From contig NZ_OZ060386.1 of assembly GCF_964059055.1 (NCBI RefSeq), forward strand, positions 300,001-332,000: DNA of 32,000 nt, given 5' to 3'. A program made the translations under genes and the position numbers. Below are positions 1-10,090 of this stretch, piece by piece. Source of the DNA: Buchnera aphidicola (Neophyllaphis podocarpi) (GTDB lineage: Bacteria > Pseudomonadota > Gammaproteobacteria > Enterobacterales > Enterobacteriaceae). The stretch's first letter is position 1. Every line of letters begins with the position of its first letter. The notes beneath the pieces are model-generated. The model worked only from the letters and a program-made list of their open reading frames with translations, ran no database searches and was not told the DNA's origin.

Positions 1-2484
1 ATAAATCCTTTAAAGAATTATGAAAAAATATCATCTTCTAAAAATAACTTAAGAAATTTAAATATTTATGATGAAAATACAAAACAAAATTACTTTTCTA
101 AAAAATTTTTTTCAGAAAAAGATTTAATTAAATTAAAAAAAATTATATTCAAATTAAAAAAAATCTATTGTGGAAATATAGGTTTTGAATATATGCATAT
201 TGATAAATCAGAGGAAAAAGAATGGATACAAAAAAAAATAGAATCAAAAAAAGGAGATTATTCTAAAAGTATAAATAGTAGAATTAAAATTCTAAAACAT
301 TTAGTAGAAGCAGAAACATTAGAAAAATATTTATCATCAAAGTTCCCTGGATCAAAAAGATTTTCATTGGAAGGAGCTGAATCACTAATTCCTTTATTAA
401 AAGAAACTATAAATTGTTCTTTTAAAAAAAAAATTACTCATATTATATTAGGAATGGCTCACAGAGGTCGCTTAAATGTTCTTGTAAATATTTTAGGAAA
501 AAATATTAATAATTTAATAAAACAATTTTCTAATAAATTTATATTTAAAAAGGGTAGCGGAGATGTTAAATATCACATGGGATATTCTTCCTATATAAAA
601 AAAGAAAAAGAAATTATTAATATACTTCTTTCTTATAATCCTTCTCATTTAGAAATAGTTAATCCTGTAATTTCTGGTATAACTAGAGCATATATAGATT
701 ATAATTCAGAAAAAATCAAAAATAAAGCATTACCTATCTCTATTCATGGAGACGCATCTTTTGTTGGACAAGGAGTTATACAGGAAACTTTAAACATGTC
801 ACAAACTAGAGGTTATAAAATAGGAGGTACATTACATATTATAATTAATAACCAGATAGGATTTACTACTTCAAATTATAAAGATGCAAGATCTACAAAA
901 TATTGCACAGATATTGCTAAAATGATCAATTCTCCCATATTTCATGTTAATGCAGATGATCCTGAAGCTATAATTTTTGTAACAAAGTTAGCAATAGAAT
1001 TTAGAGAGAAATTTAAAAAAGATATCTTTATAGACTTATTTTGTTATAGAAGACACGGACATAATGAAGCCGATGATCCTAGTGTAACCCAACCAATTAT
1101 GTATAAGAAAATTAAAAAACATAAAACTGTTTGTAATATATTTTCAAATTTATTAAAAAAAATGAATAATATTACAGAAAAACAAATTACAGAAATTCAA
1201 AATAGATACAGAAAAAATCTTATTGATAATAATGTAATTAAAAATAAAATTGATAAATCAAATTTTACAAATAACAATTTTATGTATAAAAATTTGGATT
1301 TAGAAAAAGATATATATTCTAAAATTATAGACAAAAACTTCTTAAAAAAAATATTAAATAAAATAAGTAAAATACCTTGTGATTTTAAAATACATGATAG
1401 AGTTAATAAAATTTACAAAGATCGTTACTGTATGTCAACAGAAAAAAAATTACTAGATTGGGGAGCAGCAGAAAATTTAGCATATGCAATTTTAATTTAT
1501 TTTGGTATTAAATGTAGATTATCTGGTCAAGATATTAAAAGAGGTACTTTTTTTCATAGACATTCTGTAATATATGATCAAAAAAATGGATTAAATTATA
1601 TTCCTTTATATGAAATAGATAAAAATAAAAGAAATTTTTTTATATTTAATTCTGTTTTATCAGAAGAATCAGTTTTAGCCTTTGAATATGGTTATTCAAC
1701 AATTAATATACAAGGATTAAATATATGGGAAGCTCAATTTGGTGATTTTGTAAATGGTGCTCAAGTAGTAATAGATCAATTTATTACTTCTGGAGAAGAA
1801 AAATGGGGAATCAAATCATCATTAATAATGCTTTTACCTCATGGATACGATGGACAAGGACCAGAACATTCTTCAGGAAGAATAGAAAGATTTTTGCAAT
1901 TATGCTCAAATAATAATGTAAAAATATGTATTCCATCTTCTCCTTCTCAAATATATCATTTATTAATTAATCAAGTATTTTGTAAAATCAAAAAACCATT
2001 GATAATATTTTCTCCTAAATCATTATTAAGACATCAAAGCGCCAAATCAGATTTAAATGAATTAATACAAGAAAAATTTAAATTGATAATTGACGAAATA
2101 GATAACTTAGATTTTAAAAAAATTAAAAAAATAATATTTTGTTATGGTAAAGTTTACTATGATTTATTATATATGAGACGTACTTTTAAAAAAAATTATA
2201 TATGCATTATCAGAATTGAGCAATTATATCCCTTTCCTAAAAAAGAAATAAAAAACATACTAAAAAAATATTCTTTAATTAAAAATTTTGTATGGTGCCA
2301 AGAAGAGCCTAAAAATCAAGGTGGTTGGTACTATATTTATAATAATTTTAAAAAATTATTATTTGATATTAATTTATTAAGTTATGAAGGTCGTCAATCT
2401 TCACCTTCAACAGCAGCAGGTCATGCATATATTCATAAAAAAGAACAAATTAGATTTTTAAAAGCAGCATTAGATATAAATTAA
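1..2484 (+). CDS. sucA: 2-oxoglutarate dehydrogenase E1 component (5-prime partial, enters from left edge)
   Basis: Frame 1 is open from base 1 with no stop before the first ATG at 193, so the gene starts upstream of the window. Motifs match E. coli SucA as I recall it: GFEYMHI, LGMAHRGRLNVL, HGDASFVGQGVIQETLNMS, YRRHGHNEADDP. sucB follows 12 bp downstream. Confidence 0.95.
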   Translation: MNPLKNYEKISSSKNNLRNLNIYDENTKQNYFSKKFFSEKDLIKLKKIIFKLKKIYCGNIGFEYMHIDKSEEKEWIQKKIESKKGDYSKSINSRIKILKHLVEAETLEKYLSSKFPGSKRFSLEGAESLIPLLKETINCSFKKKITHIILGMAHRGRLNVLVNILGKNINNLIKQFSNKFIFKKGSGDVKYHMGYSSYIKKEKEIINILLSYNPSHLEIVNPVISGITRAYIDYNSEKIKNKALPISIHGDASFVGQGVIQETLNMSQTRGYKIGGTLHIIINNQIGFTTSNYKDARSTKYCTDIAKMINSPIFHVNADDPEAIIFVTKLAIEFREKFKKDIFIDLFCYRRHGHNEADDPSVTQPIMYKKIKKHKTVCNIFSNLLKKMNNITEKQITEIQNRYRKNLIDNNVIKNKIDKSNFTNNNFMYKNLDLEKDIYSKIIDKNFLKKILNKISKIPCDFKIHDRVNKIYKDRYCMSTEKKLLDWGAAENLAYAILIYFGIKCRLSGQDIKRGTFFHRHSVIYDQKNGLNYIPLYEIDKNKRNFFIFNSVLSEESVLAFEYGYSTINIQGLNIWEAQFGDFVNGAQVVIDQFITSGEEKWGIKSSLIMLLPHGYDGQGPEHSSGRIERFLQLCSNNNVKICIPSSPSQIYHLLINQVFCKIKKPLIIFSPKSLLRHQSAKSDLNELIQEKFKLIIDEIDNLDFKKIKKIIFCYGKVYYDLLYMRRTFKKNYICIIRIEQLYPFPKKEIKNILKKYSLIKNFVWCQEEPKNQGGWYYIYNNFKKLLFDINLLSYEGRQSSPSTAAGHAYIHKKEQIRFLKAALDIN

Positions 2485-2496
2485 TTTAAGGATTAT

Positions 2497-3681
2497 ATGA
2501 CAAATAAAATAGATATTTTAGCACCAGAATTTCCGGAATCAATAACTGAAGCAACAGTAGCTAAATGGAATAAAAAGCAAGGAGATTTTGTAAACAGAGA
2601 TGAAATAATTGTAAATATAGAAACAGACAAAGTAATTTTAGAAGTTCCTTCTCCTAGTTCAGGAATTTTATATGAAATTATTAAAAATAATCATAAAAAA
2701 ATATCATCTAAAGAAATAATAGGAAAATTAAAGATTATAAAAGATCATTCAAATATAAATAATATTAATAAAAGTAAAAATCAAATTAAAAAAGAACTGA
2801 TTGAAGATGCACCGCCATCATTAAGAAGAATATTGTATAATTACGAATTAAATAAAATAAATAAAATAAAAGAACAGAGTATCAATAAAAAAATAAAAAA
2901 TAATATTGAAACTTATATAAATAGTTCAAATTCTAATGAAAAAGAAAATAAAACAAATTATGAATTTGGTAATGATTTAAATCGTAAAAAAAAACATGTA
3001 CCAATGAGCGAATTTCGTAAATGTATATCAAAAAGACTAATTAAATCTAAAAATGAAATGGCAATGTTAACTACATTTAACGAATGCAATATGTCAAATA
3101 TAATTAAAATACGTAAAAGATATGGAGATAAATTTAAAGAAAAATACGGTATACGTTTAGGTTTTATGTCTTTTTTTGTTAAATCAGTTATAGAAAGTTT
3201 AAAAAATTATCCTATGATTAATGCAGTTATAGAAAATAATGAAATTATATATTATGAATATTTTGATATAAATATTGCAGTTTCAACTTCTAGAGGCGTT
3301 ATTACTCCAGTAATAAAAAATGCAGATATGCTTAGTATTCAAGAAATAGAAAAAAAAATTAAATATTTTGCTGAAAATGGAAATAATGGAAAAATTAGTA
3401 CTAATGATTTAAGCGGTGGAAATTTTACAATAACAAATGGAGGTATATTCGGATCATTATTGTCAACTCCAATAATTAATATAAATCAAACAGCTATACT
3501 AGGAATGCATTCTATTATTAATAGACCTATAGTTATTGATGATGTAATTAAAATTGCACCTATGATGTATTTAGCTCTTTCATATGACCATAGATTAATT
3601 GATGGAAAAGAAGCTGTAGGTTTTTTATTAAAAATAAAAGAAAACATAGAAGATACAACAAGAATCATATTACAAATATAA
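2497..3681 (+). CDS. sucB: 2-oxoglutarate dehydrogenase E2, dihydrolipoyllysine-residue succinyltransferase
   Basis: N-terminal lipoyl domain with [13 protein letters not shown] (lipoyl-lysine motif). C-terminal catalytic domain with [19 protein letters not shown] Shine-Dalgarno at 2488-2492. 394 aa versus about 405 in E. coli. Confidence 0.95.
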   Translation: MTNKIDILAPEFPESITEATVAKWNKKQGDFVNRDEIIVNIETDKVILEVPSPSSGILYEIIKNNHKKISSKEIIGKLKIIKDHSNINNINKSKNQIKKELIEDAPPSLRRILYNYELNKINKIKEQSINKKIKNNIETYINSSNSNEKENKTNYEFGNDLNRKKKHVPMSEFRKCISKRLIKSKNEMAMLTTFNECNMSNIIKIRKRYGDKFKEKYGIRLGFMSFFVKSVIESLKNYPMINAVIENNEIIYYEYFDINIAVSTSRGVITPVIKNADMLSIQEIEKKIKYFAENGNNGKISTNDLSGGNFTITNGGIFGSLLSTPIININQTAILGMHSIINRPIVIDDVIKIAPMMYLALSYDHRLIDGKEAVGFLLKIKENIEDTTRIILQI

Positions 3682-3723
3682 AATATTAATAAAAATAATT
3701 TTTTATAATAAAGAGAAATTATA

Positions 3724-4413
3724 ATGAAAAATATACAAATAGTTTTAATGAGACACGGTGAAAGTTTATGGAATAAAGAAAATAAATTTACTGGTTGGTG
3801 TGATATTGATCTTTCAAATAAAGGAATTGAAGAAGCAAAAGAAGCAGCAGAAAAATTAAAAAAATGTAATTTTTATTTTGATATTGCATATACTTCCTTA
3901 CTAAAAAGAGCAATAAACACTCTATGGTACACATTAAGTACATTAGATCAATTATGGATTGAAGTAAAAAAAACATGGAGATTGAATGAAAGACATTATG
4001 GAAATTTACAAGGTCTTAATAAAACAAAAATTGCTATACAATATGGAGAAAAACAATTAAAATTATGGAGAAGAGGATTTAATGAAAAACCACCTAAAAT
4101 AAATCAATATAATAAATTACTATTTAAAAATGATCTACGTTATAAAAATATAATTAACCTTCCTGATTCAGAAAGTTTATATATGACCTTATTGAGAGTA
4201 ACTCAATATTGGAATAAGTATATTATTCCTCAATTAAAAAAAAGAAAAAAAATAATAATTGTAGCTCATGGAAATTCTTTAAGAGCATTAATAAAATATA
4301 TAGAACAAATAGAAGATGATAAAATCATAAAATTAGATATTCCTACAGCATCTCCTTTAATATATGAGCTAAATGAAAAATTAAAACCAATAAATAAATA
4401 TTATTTAAAGTAA
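3724..4413 (+). CDS. gpmA: 2,3-bisphosphoglycerate-dependent phosphoglycerate mutase
   Basis: Motifs RHGESLWNKENKFTGW (catalytic His), NERHYG and AHGNSLRAL. 229 aa; about 20 C-terminal residues shorter than E. coli GpmA. Confidence 0.93.
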   Translation: MKNIQIVLMRHGESLWNKENKFTGWCDIDLSNKGIEEAKEAAEKLKKCNFYFDIAYTSLLKRAINTLWYTLSTLDQLWIEVKKTWRLNERHYGNLQGLNKTKIAIQYGEKQLKLWRRGFNEKPPKINQYNKLLFKNDLRYKNIINLPDSESLYMTLLRVTQYWNKYIIPQLKKRKKIIIVAHGNSLRALIKYIEQIEDDKIIKLDIPTASPLIYELNEKLKPINKYYLK

Positions 4414-4492
4414 TATTTAAAAATATAAAAAAATTACTTTAACTAATCGAAATTATTTTTAATATTTTTATAACTAAACAATTGGATAATTA

Positions 4493-5455
4493 ATGATTAA
4501 TAAAATAGGAGTACTCACTAGCGGTGGTGATGCTCCAGGTATGAATGCAGCAATTCGCGGTGTAACACGTACAGCTTTAAGTGAAGGTTTAGAAGTTTTT
4601 GGTATTTATGATGGATATTTAGGTTTATATGAAAATAGAATGATAAATTTAGATAGATATAGTGTTTCTGATGTTATAAACAAAGGAGGTACTTTTTTAG
4701 GATCATCTAGATTTCCAGAATTTAAAAACAAAGAAACTAGACTAATTGCAAAGAAAAATTTAATTAATAGAGGAATAGATGTTTTAGTTGTTATTGGAGG
4801 AGATGGTTCTTTCATGGGAGCAAAAAAGTTGACAGATATGGGTTTTCCATGTATAGGACTTCCAGGAACAATTGATAATGACGTAGGAGGAACTGACTAT
4901 ACCATAGGATATTTTACAGCATTAGAAACTATTGTAGAAGCAATAGATAGACTACGTGATACTTCTTCATCTCATCAAAGAATATCTATAGTAGAAGTTA
5001 TGGGGCGTAGTTGCGGAGATTTAACCTTAGCAGCATCTATTGCAGGAGGATGTGAATTTTTAGTATTACCAGAAATAAAGTATTCAAAAAAAGAATTATT
5101 ATCAGAAATAAAAGCAGGAATAAGAAAAGGAAAAAAACATGCTATTGTAGTTATAACAGAATATATCTGTGATATTGAAAAACTAGCAAAATATATTCAA
5201 CTAAAAACGAAGAGAGAAACAAGAGCTACAGTTTTAGGGCATATTCAAAGAGGAGGATCTCCTGTAGCATATGACAGAATACTTGCTTCAAGAATGGGTG
5301 AGTACTCTATAAAATTATTATTACAAGGATATAAAGGACGTTGTATAGGAATTAGAAACGAAAAACTTGTACACCATGATATATTAGATGCAATTAAAAA
5401 TATGAAAAAATCATTTAAGTTAGAATGGTTAAAAACTGCAAAAAAATTATATTAA
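4493..5455 (+). CDS. pfkA: ATP-dependent 6-phosphofructokinase
   Basis: Motifs [39 protein letters not shown]. 320 aa, the same length as E. coli PfkA. Confidence 0.96.
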   Translation: MINKIGVLTSGGDAPGMNAAIRGVTRTALSEGLEVFGIYDGYLGLYENRMINLDRYSVSDVINKGGTFLGSSRFPEFKNKETRLIAKKNLINRGIDVLVVIGGDGSFMGAKKLTDMGFPCIGLPGTIDNDVGGTDYTIGYFTALETIVEAIDRLRDTSSSHQRISIVEVMGRSCGDLTLAASIAGGCEFLVLPEIKYSKKELLSEIKAGIRKGKKHAIVVITEYICDIEKLAKYIQLKTKRETRATVLGHIQRGGSPVAYDRILASRMGEYSIKLLLQGYKGRCIGIRNEKLVHHDILDAIKNMKKSFKLEWLKTAKKLY

Positions 5456-5538
5456 AAATTGAATTTATGAAGTAAAAATATTTACAAAATCATATTTATA
5501 AAAATAAAATTTATTAAAAATAATAAAATATAAAAATT

Positions 5539-5569
5539 AAATATGAATTAGTATTTAATTCATATTTTT
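5539..5569 (+). terminator. Weak hairpin plus T-run between pfkA and glpF (possible pfkA terminator)
   Basis: Perfect 12-bp inverted repeat aaatatgaatta (5539-5550) / taattcatattt (5556-5567) with a 5-nt loop. The run of T continues to 5569. There is only one G:C pair, so it is thermodynamically weak. It lies 84 nt after the pfkA stop and directly before the glpF AGGA RBS. Confidence 0.3.
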
Positions 5570-5582
5570 CTAGGAAATTAAT

Positions 5583-6377
5583 ATGAATTGTTCGCATGCA
5601 AATTTTTCTTTAAAAAGGCAATGTATATCTGAATTTATAGGTACAGGATTGATAATTTTTTTTGGTTCAGGAGTGTTAGCTGCATCTAAATTAACAAATA
5701 TAAACTTTGGGCAATTAGATATTAGTATAATATGGGGATTAGGTGTTTCTATAGGGATATATTCTAGTATGAAAATATCAGGAGCTCACTTAAATCCAGC
5801 TATTACAATTACTTTATATATATTTTCTAATTTTAACAAAAAAAAAGTTATCCCTTATATAATTTCACAAATGTTAGGTTCTTTTACTTCTACTTCATTA
5901 GTTTATTTTTTATACTATAATTTATTTAACAATTTTGAGAATTCTCATAAAATTGTAAGAGGAACTGTAGAAAGTTTATATTTGGCTGCTATATTTTCTA
6001 CATATCCTAATGGGTACGTTAGTACTTTAAAATCTTTAATAGTTGAGATAGTTATTGCAGCTATTTTTATGTATGTAACAATGACGTTGAATGATTTCAA
6101 TAAAACTAGTTATTCATCTTATTCATATTTATTAACACCTTTAATAATAGGATCATTAATCATAGTTATAGGTACTTCTATGGGTTCATTAACTTCATTT
6201 GCTTTAAATCCAGCTAGAGACTTAAGTCCTAAAATATTTATGTGGTTAGCTGGATGGGGAAGTATATCATTTACTGGAGGCAGAGATTTTCCTTACTTTT
6301 TTATTCCGTTATTTGGATCTTTATCAGGAACTATTATAGGAGCTTTTGGATACATAAGATTAACTAAATTAATCTAA
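5583..6377 (+). CDS. glpF: Aquaglyceroporin (glycerol uptake facilitator, MIP family)
   Basis: Two NPA boxes (HLNPAITI and ALNPARDL) in a polytopic hydrophobic protein of 264 aa. AGGA RBS at 5572-5575. Confidence 0.9.
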   Translation: MNCSHANFSLKRQCISEFIGTGLIIFFGSGVLAASKLTNINFGQLDISIIWGLGVSIGIYSSMKISGAHLNPAITITLYIFSNFNKKKVIPYIISQMLGSFTSTSLVYFLYYNLFNNFENSHKIVRGTVESLYLAAIFSTYPNGYVSTLKSLIVEIVIAAIFMYVTMTLNDFNKTSYSSYSYLLTPLIIGSLIIVIGTSMGSLTSFALNPARDLSPKIFMWLAGWGSISFTGGRDFPYFFIPLFGSLSGTIIGAFGYIRLTKLI

Positions 6378-6393
6378 TTTAAAATTTTATAAA

Positions 6394-7170
6394 TTATATT
6401 TTTATATTATTTAATAACTTCAAAAAAATATCAATATCTAGTGAAGATTTACCGACTAATAAACCATCAATATAAGAATTATTTATTAATCTAAATGAAT
6501 TTTTTTCGTCTACAGAACCTCCATATAGAACTGAAAACAGTTTTTTATTAATAGAACTCACATCAAGTATATATTCCTTTATAAATTTGTGAGTTTCCTT
6601 TATTTGTTCAATATCAGCAGCTTTTCCACTACCTATAGCCCATATAGGTTCATATGCTATTATAGAATTTATAAATGATTTTTTACCTGAATTTAGTATT
6701 ATAGAATCTATTTGTTTTTTACAAACTATTTTAGTTAAACCTAATAAATTTTCTTTTTTTGTTTCTCCTATGCATAAAATAGGGGTAAGTAAATTTTTTT
6801 TAACTATATCGAATTTTTTAGAAATATAATTACAATTTTCATTATGCAACATGCGTCTTTCAGAATGTCCTATTATAACATGTGAAATTCCTATGTCTTT
6901 TAACATAGATACAGATACTTCTCCTGTAAAAGATCCAGAAACATTTACATCAACATTTTGAGCAGCTATATTAATACAATTATTAAAATAATTTTTATTA
7001 CATTTAGCAACTAATTGTATAGCCATATCTAAATAAACGTAAGGTAAAGCGATAATTATATTAGAAATTTCATTATTTTCACAAAATTTAATTAATTTAT
7101 TTAAAAATCTAACAACTAACTTCTTATTTCCATTTAATTTCCAGTTAGCAATAATTACAGGTTTTTTCAT
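6394..7170 (-). CDS. tpiA: Triosephosphate isomerase
   Basis: Motifs ANWKLNG, IIGHSERR, AYEPIWAIGSGK. 258 aa. Confidence 0.95.
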   Translation of the reverse strand: MKKPVIIANWKLNGNKKLVVRFLNKLIKFCENNEISNIIIALPYVYLDMAIQLVAKCNKNYFNNCINIAAQNVDVNVSGSFTGEVSVSMLKDIGISHVIIGHSERRMLHNENCNYISKKFDIVKKNLLTPILCIGETKKENLLGLTKIVCKKQIDSIILNSGKKSFINSIIAYEPIWAIGSGKAADIEQIKETHKFIKEYILDVSSINKKLFSVLYGGSVDEKNSFRLINNSYIDGLLVGKSSLDIDIFLKLLNNIKI

Positions 7171-7200
7171 ATAATTTATACCTTTTAAAATTAATTTTTA

Positions 7201-7240
7201 ATATTCCGTCTAAAAATAATAAGAAATTAGAACGGAATAT
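7201..7240 (-). other. GC-containing stem-loop between ihfB stop and tpiA start (function unknown)
   Basis: atattccgt (7201-7209) pairs perfectly with acggaatat (7232-7240): 9 bp with 3 G:C pairs. It can extend by 4 more pairs (7210-7213 with 7227-7230) if a7231 is bulged. No U-tract follows on either strand, so it is not a canonical intrinsic terminator. Confidence 0.3.
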
Positions 7241-7256
7241 ATTGATTAAATAACAT

Positions 7257-7535
7257 TTAAATATTTAGAATACATTTAATTTTTTTACTTAATCTAAAAC
7301 GAGTAACGTATGTTTCAGATATTAATCTTTTATTAAGATTTGTAGGATCAATTAAAATACGAGGATATAAATATTTTAAATAAAAACTTCCAAATCCTCT
7401 AATCTGTATAGGTAATCCGGACTCTAATGTTATTACCATAATTTTAATAATTTTTTTTACTATTAAATTTATAAACTTTATTGATAAATTATTTTTTTTT
7501 TGAGCAATTTTTTGACATAATTCAGATGTAACCAT
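7257..7535 (-). CDS. ihfB: Integration host factor beta subunit
   Basis: 92 aa with the motif IQIRGFGSF and a conserved Pro in the beta-arm (IDPTN). It lies immediately downstream of rpsA, as in E. coli. GAGGA RBS upstream of the ATG. Confidence 0.85.
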   Translation of the reverse strand: MVTSELCQKIAQKKNNLSIKFINLIVKKIIKIMVITLESGLPIQIRGFGSFYLKYLYPRILIDPTNLNKRLISETYVTRFRLSKKIKCILNI

Positions 7536-7573
7536 AAATCCTCTATAGAAAATAATATTTTTTGATGAATTAA

Positions 7574-9244
7574 TTACTTTTTTGCTGCTTTAAAAGCTTC
7601 AGCCATAATACTAGAAAAATTATTTTTTTCTTTTATCTTTTTTTGTTTTATGTGTACTTTTTTATTTTCTATTTCTTGATTATAATGTAATGAAATAATT
7701 ATTAAACGATTTTTTCTATCTAATCCATTTAACTTAACATTTACATGACTATCTAATTTTAAATTATTTATATAATTTTCAGGACAAATACGAGATAATT
7801 CTGAAATTTTTAAATTACCATTAACTCCTAAAGATAAATTAACTGTTATATTTTTATCATCTATATTAATTATTTTACCAAAAACTAAAGTGCCTTTTTT
7901 ATGATTGTTAATGTAATTATTTACAGGATCTTCTTCTAATTGTTTAATTCCTAAAGAGATTCGTTCTCGTTCAGAATCTACTTGTAACACGATAGCAGTA
8001 ATTTCATCACCTTTTTTATATTCTTTAACTGCTTCTTCTCCTGGAATGTTCCAAGATATATCTGATAAATGAACTAATCCATCTATACCACCTTCTAATC
8101 CTAAAAATATACCAAAATCTGTAATAGATTTAATTCTTCCTTGAACTTTATTACCTTTTATATTCTTTTCTGCAAAACTTTTCCAAGGATTTTTTTTGCA
8201 TTGCTTTAATCCTAAAGATATTCTTCTTCTTTCTTCATCTATATCTAAAACCATAACTTCTACTATATTATTTACACTAACTACTTTAGATGGATGAATA
8301 TTTTTATTAGTCCAATCCATTTCAGAAACGTGAACTAAACCCTCAACACCTTCTTCTATCTCAACAAAACAACCATAATCTGTTAAATTTGTAACTCTTC
8401 CTGTAATTTTAGTATTTTCAGGATATCTTTTTGATATAGATATCCAAGGATCAGTACTTAATTGTTTTAAACCTAATGAAACTCTAGTTTTTTCTTTATC
8501 AAATTTTAAAACTTTAACAAATATCTCATCTCCTATATTTACTATTTCATTAGGATGTTTAACTCGTTTCCAAGCCATATCAGTTATATGTAATAAACCA
8601 TCTACACCACCTAAATCAACAAAAGCTCCATAATCAGTAAGATTTTTTACAATTCCTTTAACTTTTATATCTTCTTTTAGATTTTCTAAAAGTAAATTTC
8701 TTTCAGCACTATTTTCAAATTCAATTACAGCTCTTCTAGAAACAACTACATTATTTCTTTTTTTGTCTAATTTAATTACTTTGAAATCAAGATGTTTACC
8801 TTCTAAATGTATAGTTTCTCTGATAGGTCTAATATCTACTAAAGAACCAGGTAAAAATGCTCTTATATCATTTAATTCTACAGTAAAACCGCCTTTAACT
8901 TTTCCATTTATAACTCCATTTACAGTAGTATTATTTGCATGAGCTTTTTCTAACATAATCCAGGATTCATAACGTTTTGCTTTTTCTCTAGATAAAACAG
9001 TCTCTCCAAAACCATCTTCTATTGCATCTAAAGCTACATCAATTTTATCGCCTAATTTAATTTCTAATTCACCATTAGAATTTTTAAACTGATCTATAGG
9101 AATAACAGACTCAGATTTTAAACCAGCATCAATTAAGATTGTATCTTTGTCTATTGAAATAATAGTACCTTTGATAATTGATCCTGGGCGTGTTTCAATT
9201 GTTTTAAGTGATTCTTCAAATAATTTTGAAAAAGATTCAGTCAT
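7574..9244 (-). CDS. rpsA: 30S ribosomal protein S1
   Basis: 556 aa (E. coli 557) with six S1 repeats. Colinear with E. coli S1, e.g. [13 protein letters not shown]..., [41 protein letters not shown]. Confidence 0.97.
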   Translation of the reverse strand: MTESFSKLFEESLKTIETRPGSIIKGTIISIDKDTILIDAGLKSESVIPIDQFKNSNGELEIKLGDKIDVALDAIEDGFGETVLSREKAKRYESWIMLEKAHANNTTVNGVINGKVKGGFTVELNDIRAFLPGSLVDIRPIRETIHLEGKHLDFKVIKLDKKRNNVVVSRRAVIEFENSAERNLLLENLKEDIKVKGIVKNLTDYGAFVDLGGVDGLLHITDMAWKRVKHPNEIVNIGDEIFVKVLKFDKEKTRVSLGLKQLSTDPWISISKRYPENTKITGRVTNLTDYGCFVEIEEGVEGLVHVSEMDWTNKNIHPSKVVSVNNIVEVMVLDIDEERRRISLGLKQCKKNPWKSFAEKNIKGNKVQGRIKSITDFGIFLGLEGGIDGLVHLSDISWNIPGEEAVKEYKKGDEITAIVLQVDSERERISLGIKQLEEDPVNNYINNHKKGTLVFGKIINIDDKNITVNLSLGVNGNLKISELSRICPENYINNLKLDSHVNVKLNGLDRKNRLIIISLHYNQEIENKKVHIKQKKIKEKNNFSSIMAEAFKAAKK

Positions 9245-9362
9245 ATTAATAATCTTCAGATCTTAAAATTTAACTACCGTTATACTTCATGTTTAACGGG
9301 GTTATTAAAAATATTCATTAATATCCATATTATAGAAATTAATTATATAAAAATAAATTTTA

Positions 9363-10031
9363 TTAAAATAAATTTTTAATCTTTTTTATAGAAAAGTTAA
9401 CTACTTCTTTTAATGTCATTGATGTTACATCAATTAATATAGCATTTTTTGCAGGAATTACAGGAGAATAAATTCTATGTAAATCTCTGTAATCTCTTTT
9501 TTTTACTTCATTAATAACTGTTTTTAAATTAACATTAACTCCTTGTTCTTGCAACTGAATCATCCTATGTAATGATCGTTTTTTAATATCAGAATATAAA
9601 AAAAATTTTATATAAGCATCTGGAAACAAAATTGTACCCATATCTCTACCGTCAGCAACTAATCCTGGCTCTTTACGAAATGACTTTTGTATATCAAGTA
9701 AAGATTTTCTAACAAAATAAAATTGAGATAATTTAGAAGCTAAAATACTAATTTCTGGAAGCAATAATTTTTTATATATCTCAATTTCCTGAAAAATAAC
9801 TTGAATGGATTTTTCATTGCAAGAAGATTTAATTTCAAAATCCATAAAATAAGAAAATATTTTTTTGTCAAAAATATTCTTATTAATATTTATATAAATA
9901 TAAGCCAAAATCCTATAAAAAATACCAGAATATAAAACATTCCAGTTTAGTTTTTTAGAAATAATTTTACATAAAGAACTTTTTCCAGTACTACTCAAAC
10001 CATCTATTGTAATAACAGGTACTATATTCAT
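9363..10031 (-). CDS. cmk: Cytidylate kinase
   Basis: N-terminal ITIDGLSSTGKSS (P-loop region) and DGRDMGT. 222 aa. Conserved position upstream of rpsA. Confidence 0.88.
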   Translation of the reverse strand: MNIVPVITIDGLSSTGKSSLCKIISKKLNWNVLYSGIFYRILAYIYININKNIFDKKIFSYFMDFEIKSSCNEKSIQVIFQEIEIYKKLLLPEISILASKLSQFYFVRKSLLDIQKSFRKEPGLVADGRDMGTILFPDAYIKFFLYSDIKKRSLHRMIQLQEQGVNVNLKTVINEVKKRDYRDLHRIYSPVIPAKNAILIDVTSMTLKEVVNFSIKKIKNLF

Positions 10032-10090
10032 ATTATTTTTGTGTTATATAGTAAAAAATAAAATTTTTTAATAAATTAATTTAATTAAAA

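Noticed and set aside
3486-4815. Short minus-strand ORFs 3486-3668, 3788-3976 and 4606-4815
   Set aside because: Each lies wholly antisense within sucB, gpmA or pfkA respectively. They have no independent support.
9277-9299. ccgtta...taacgg hairpin in the cmk-rpsA spacer as a possible rpsA leader or autoregulatory structure
   Set aside because: The stem is only 6 bp with an 11-nt loop. The E. coli rpsA leader structure is more elaborate, and I cannot show correspondence from the sequence alone.
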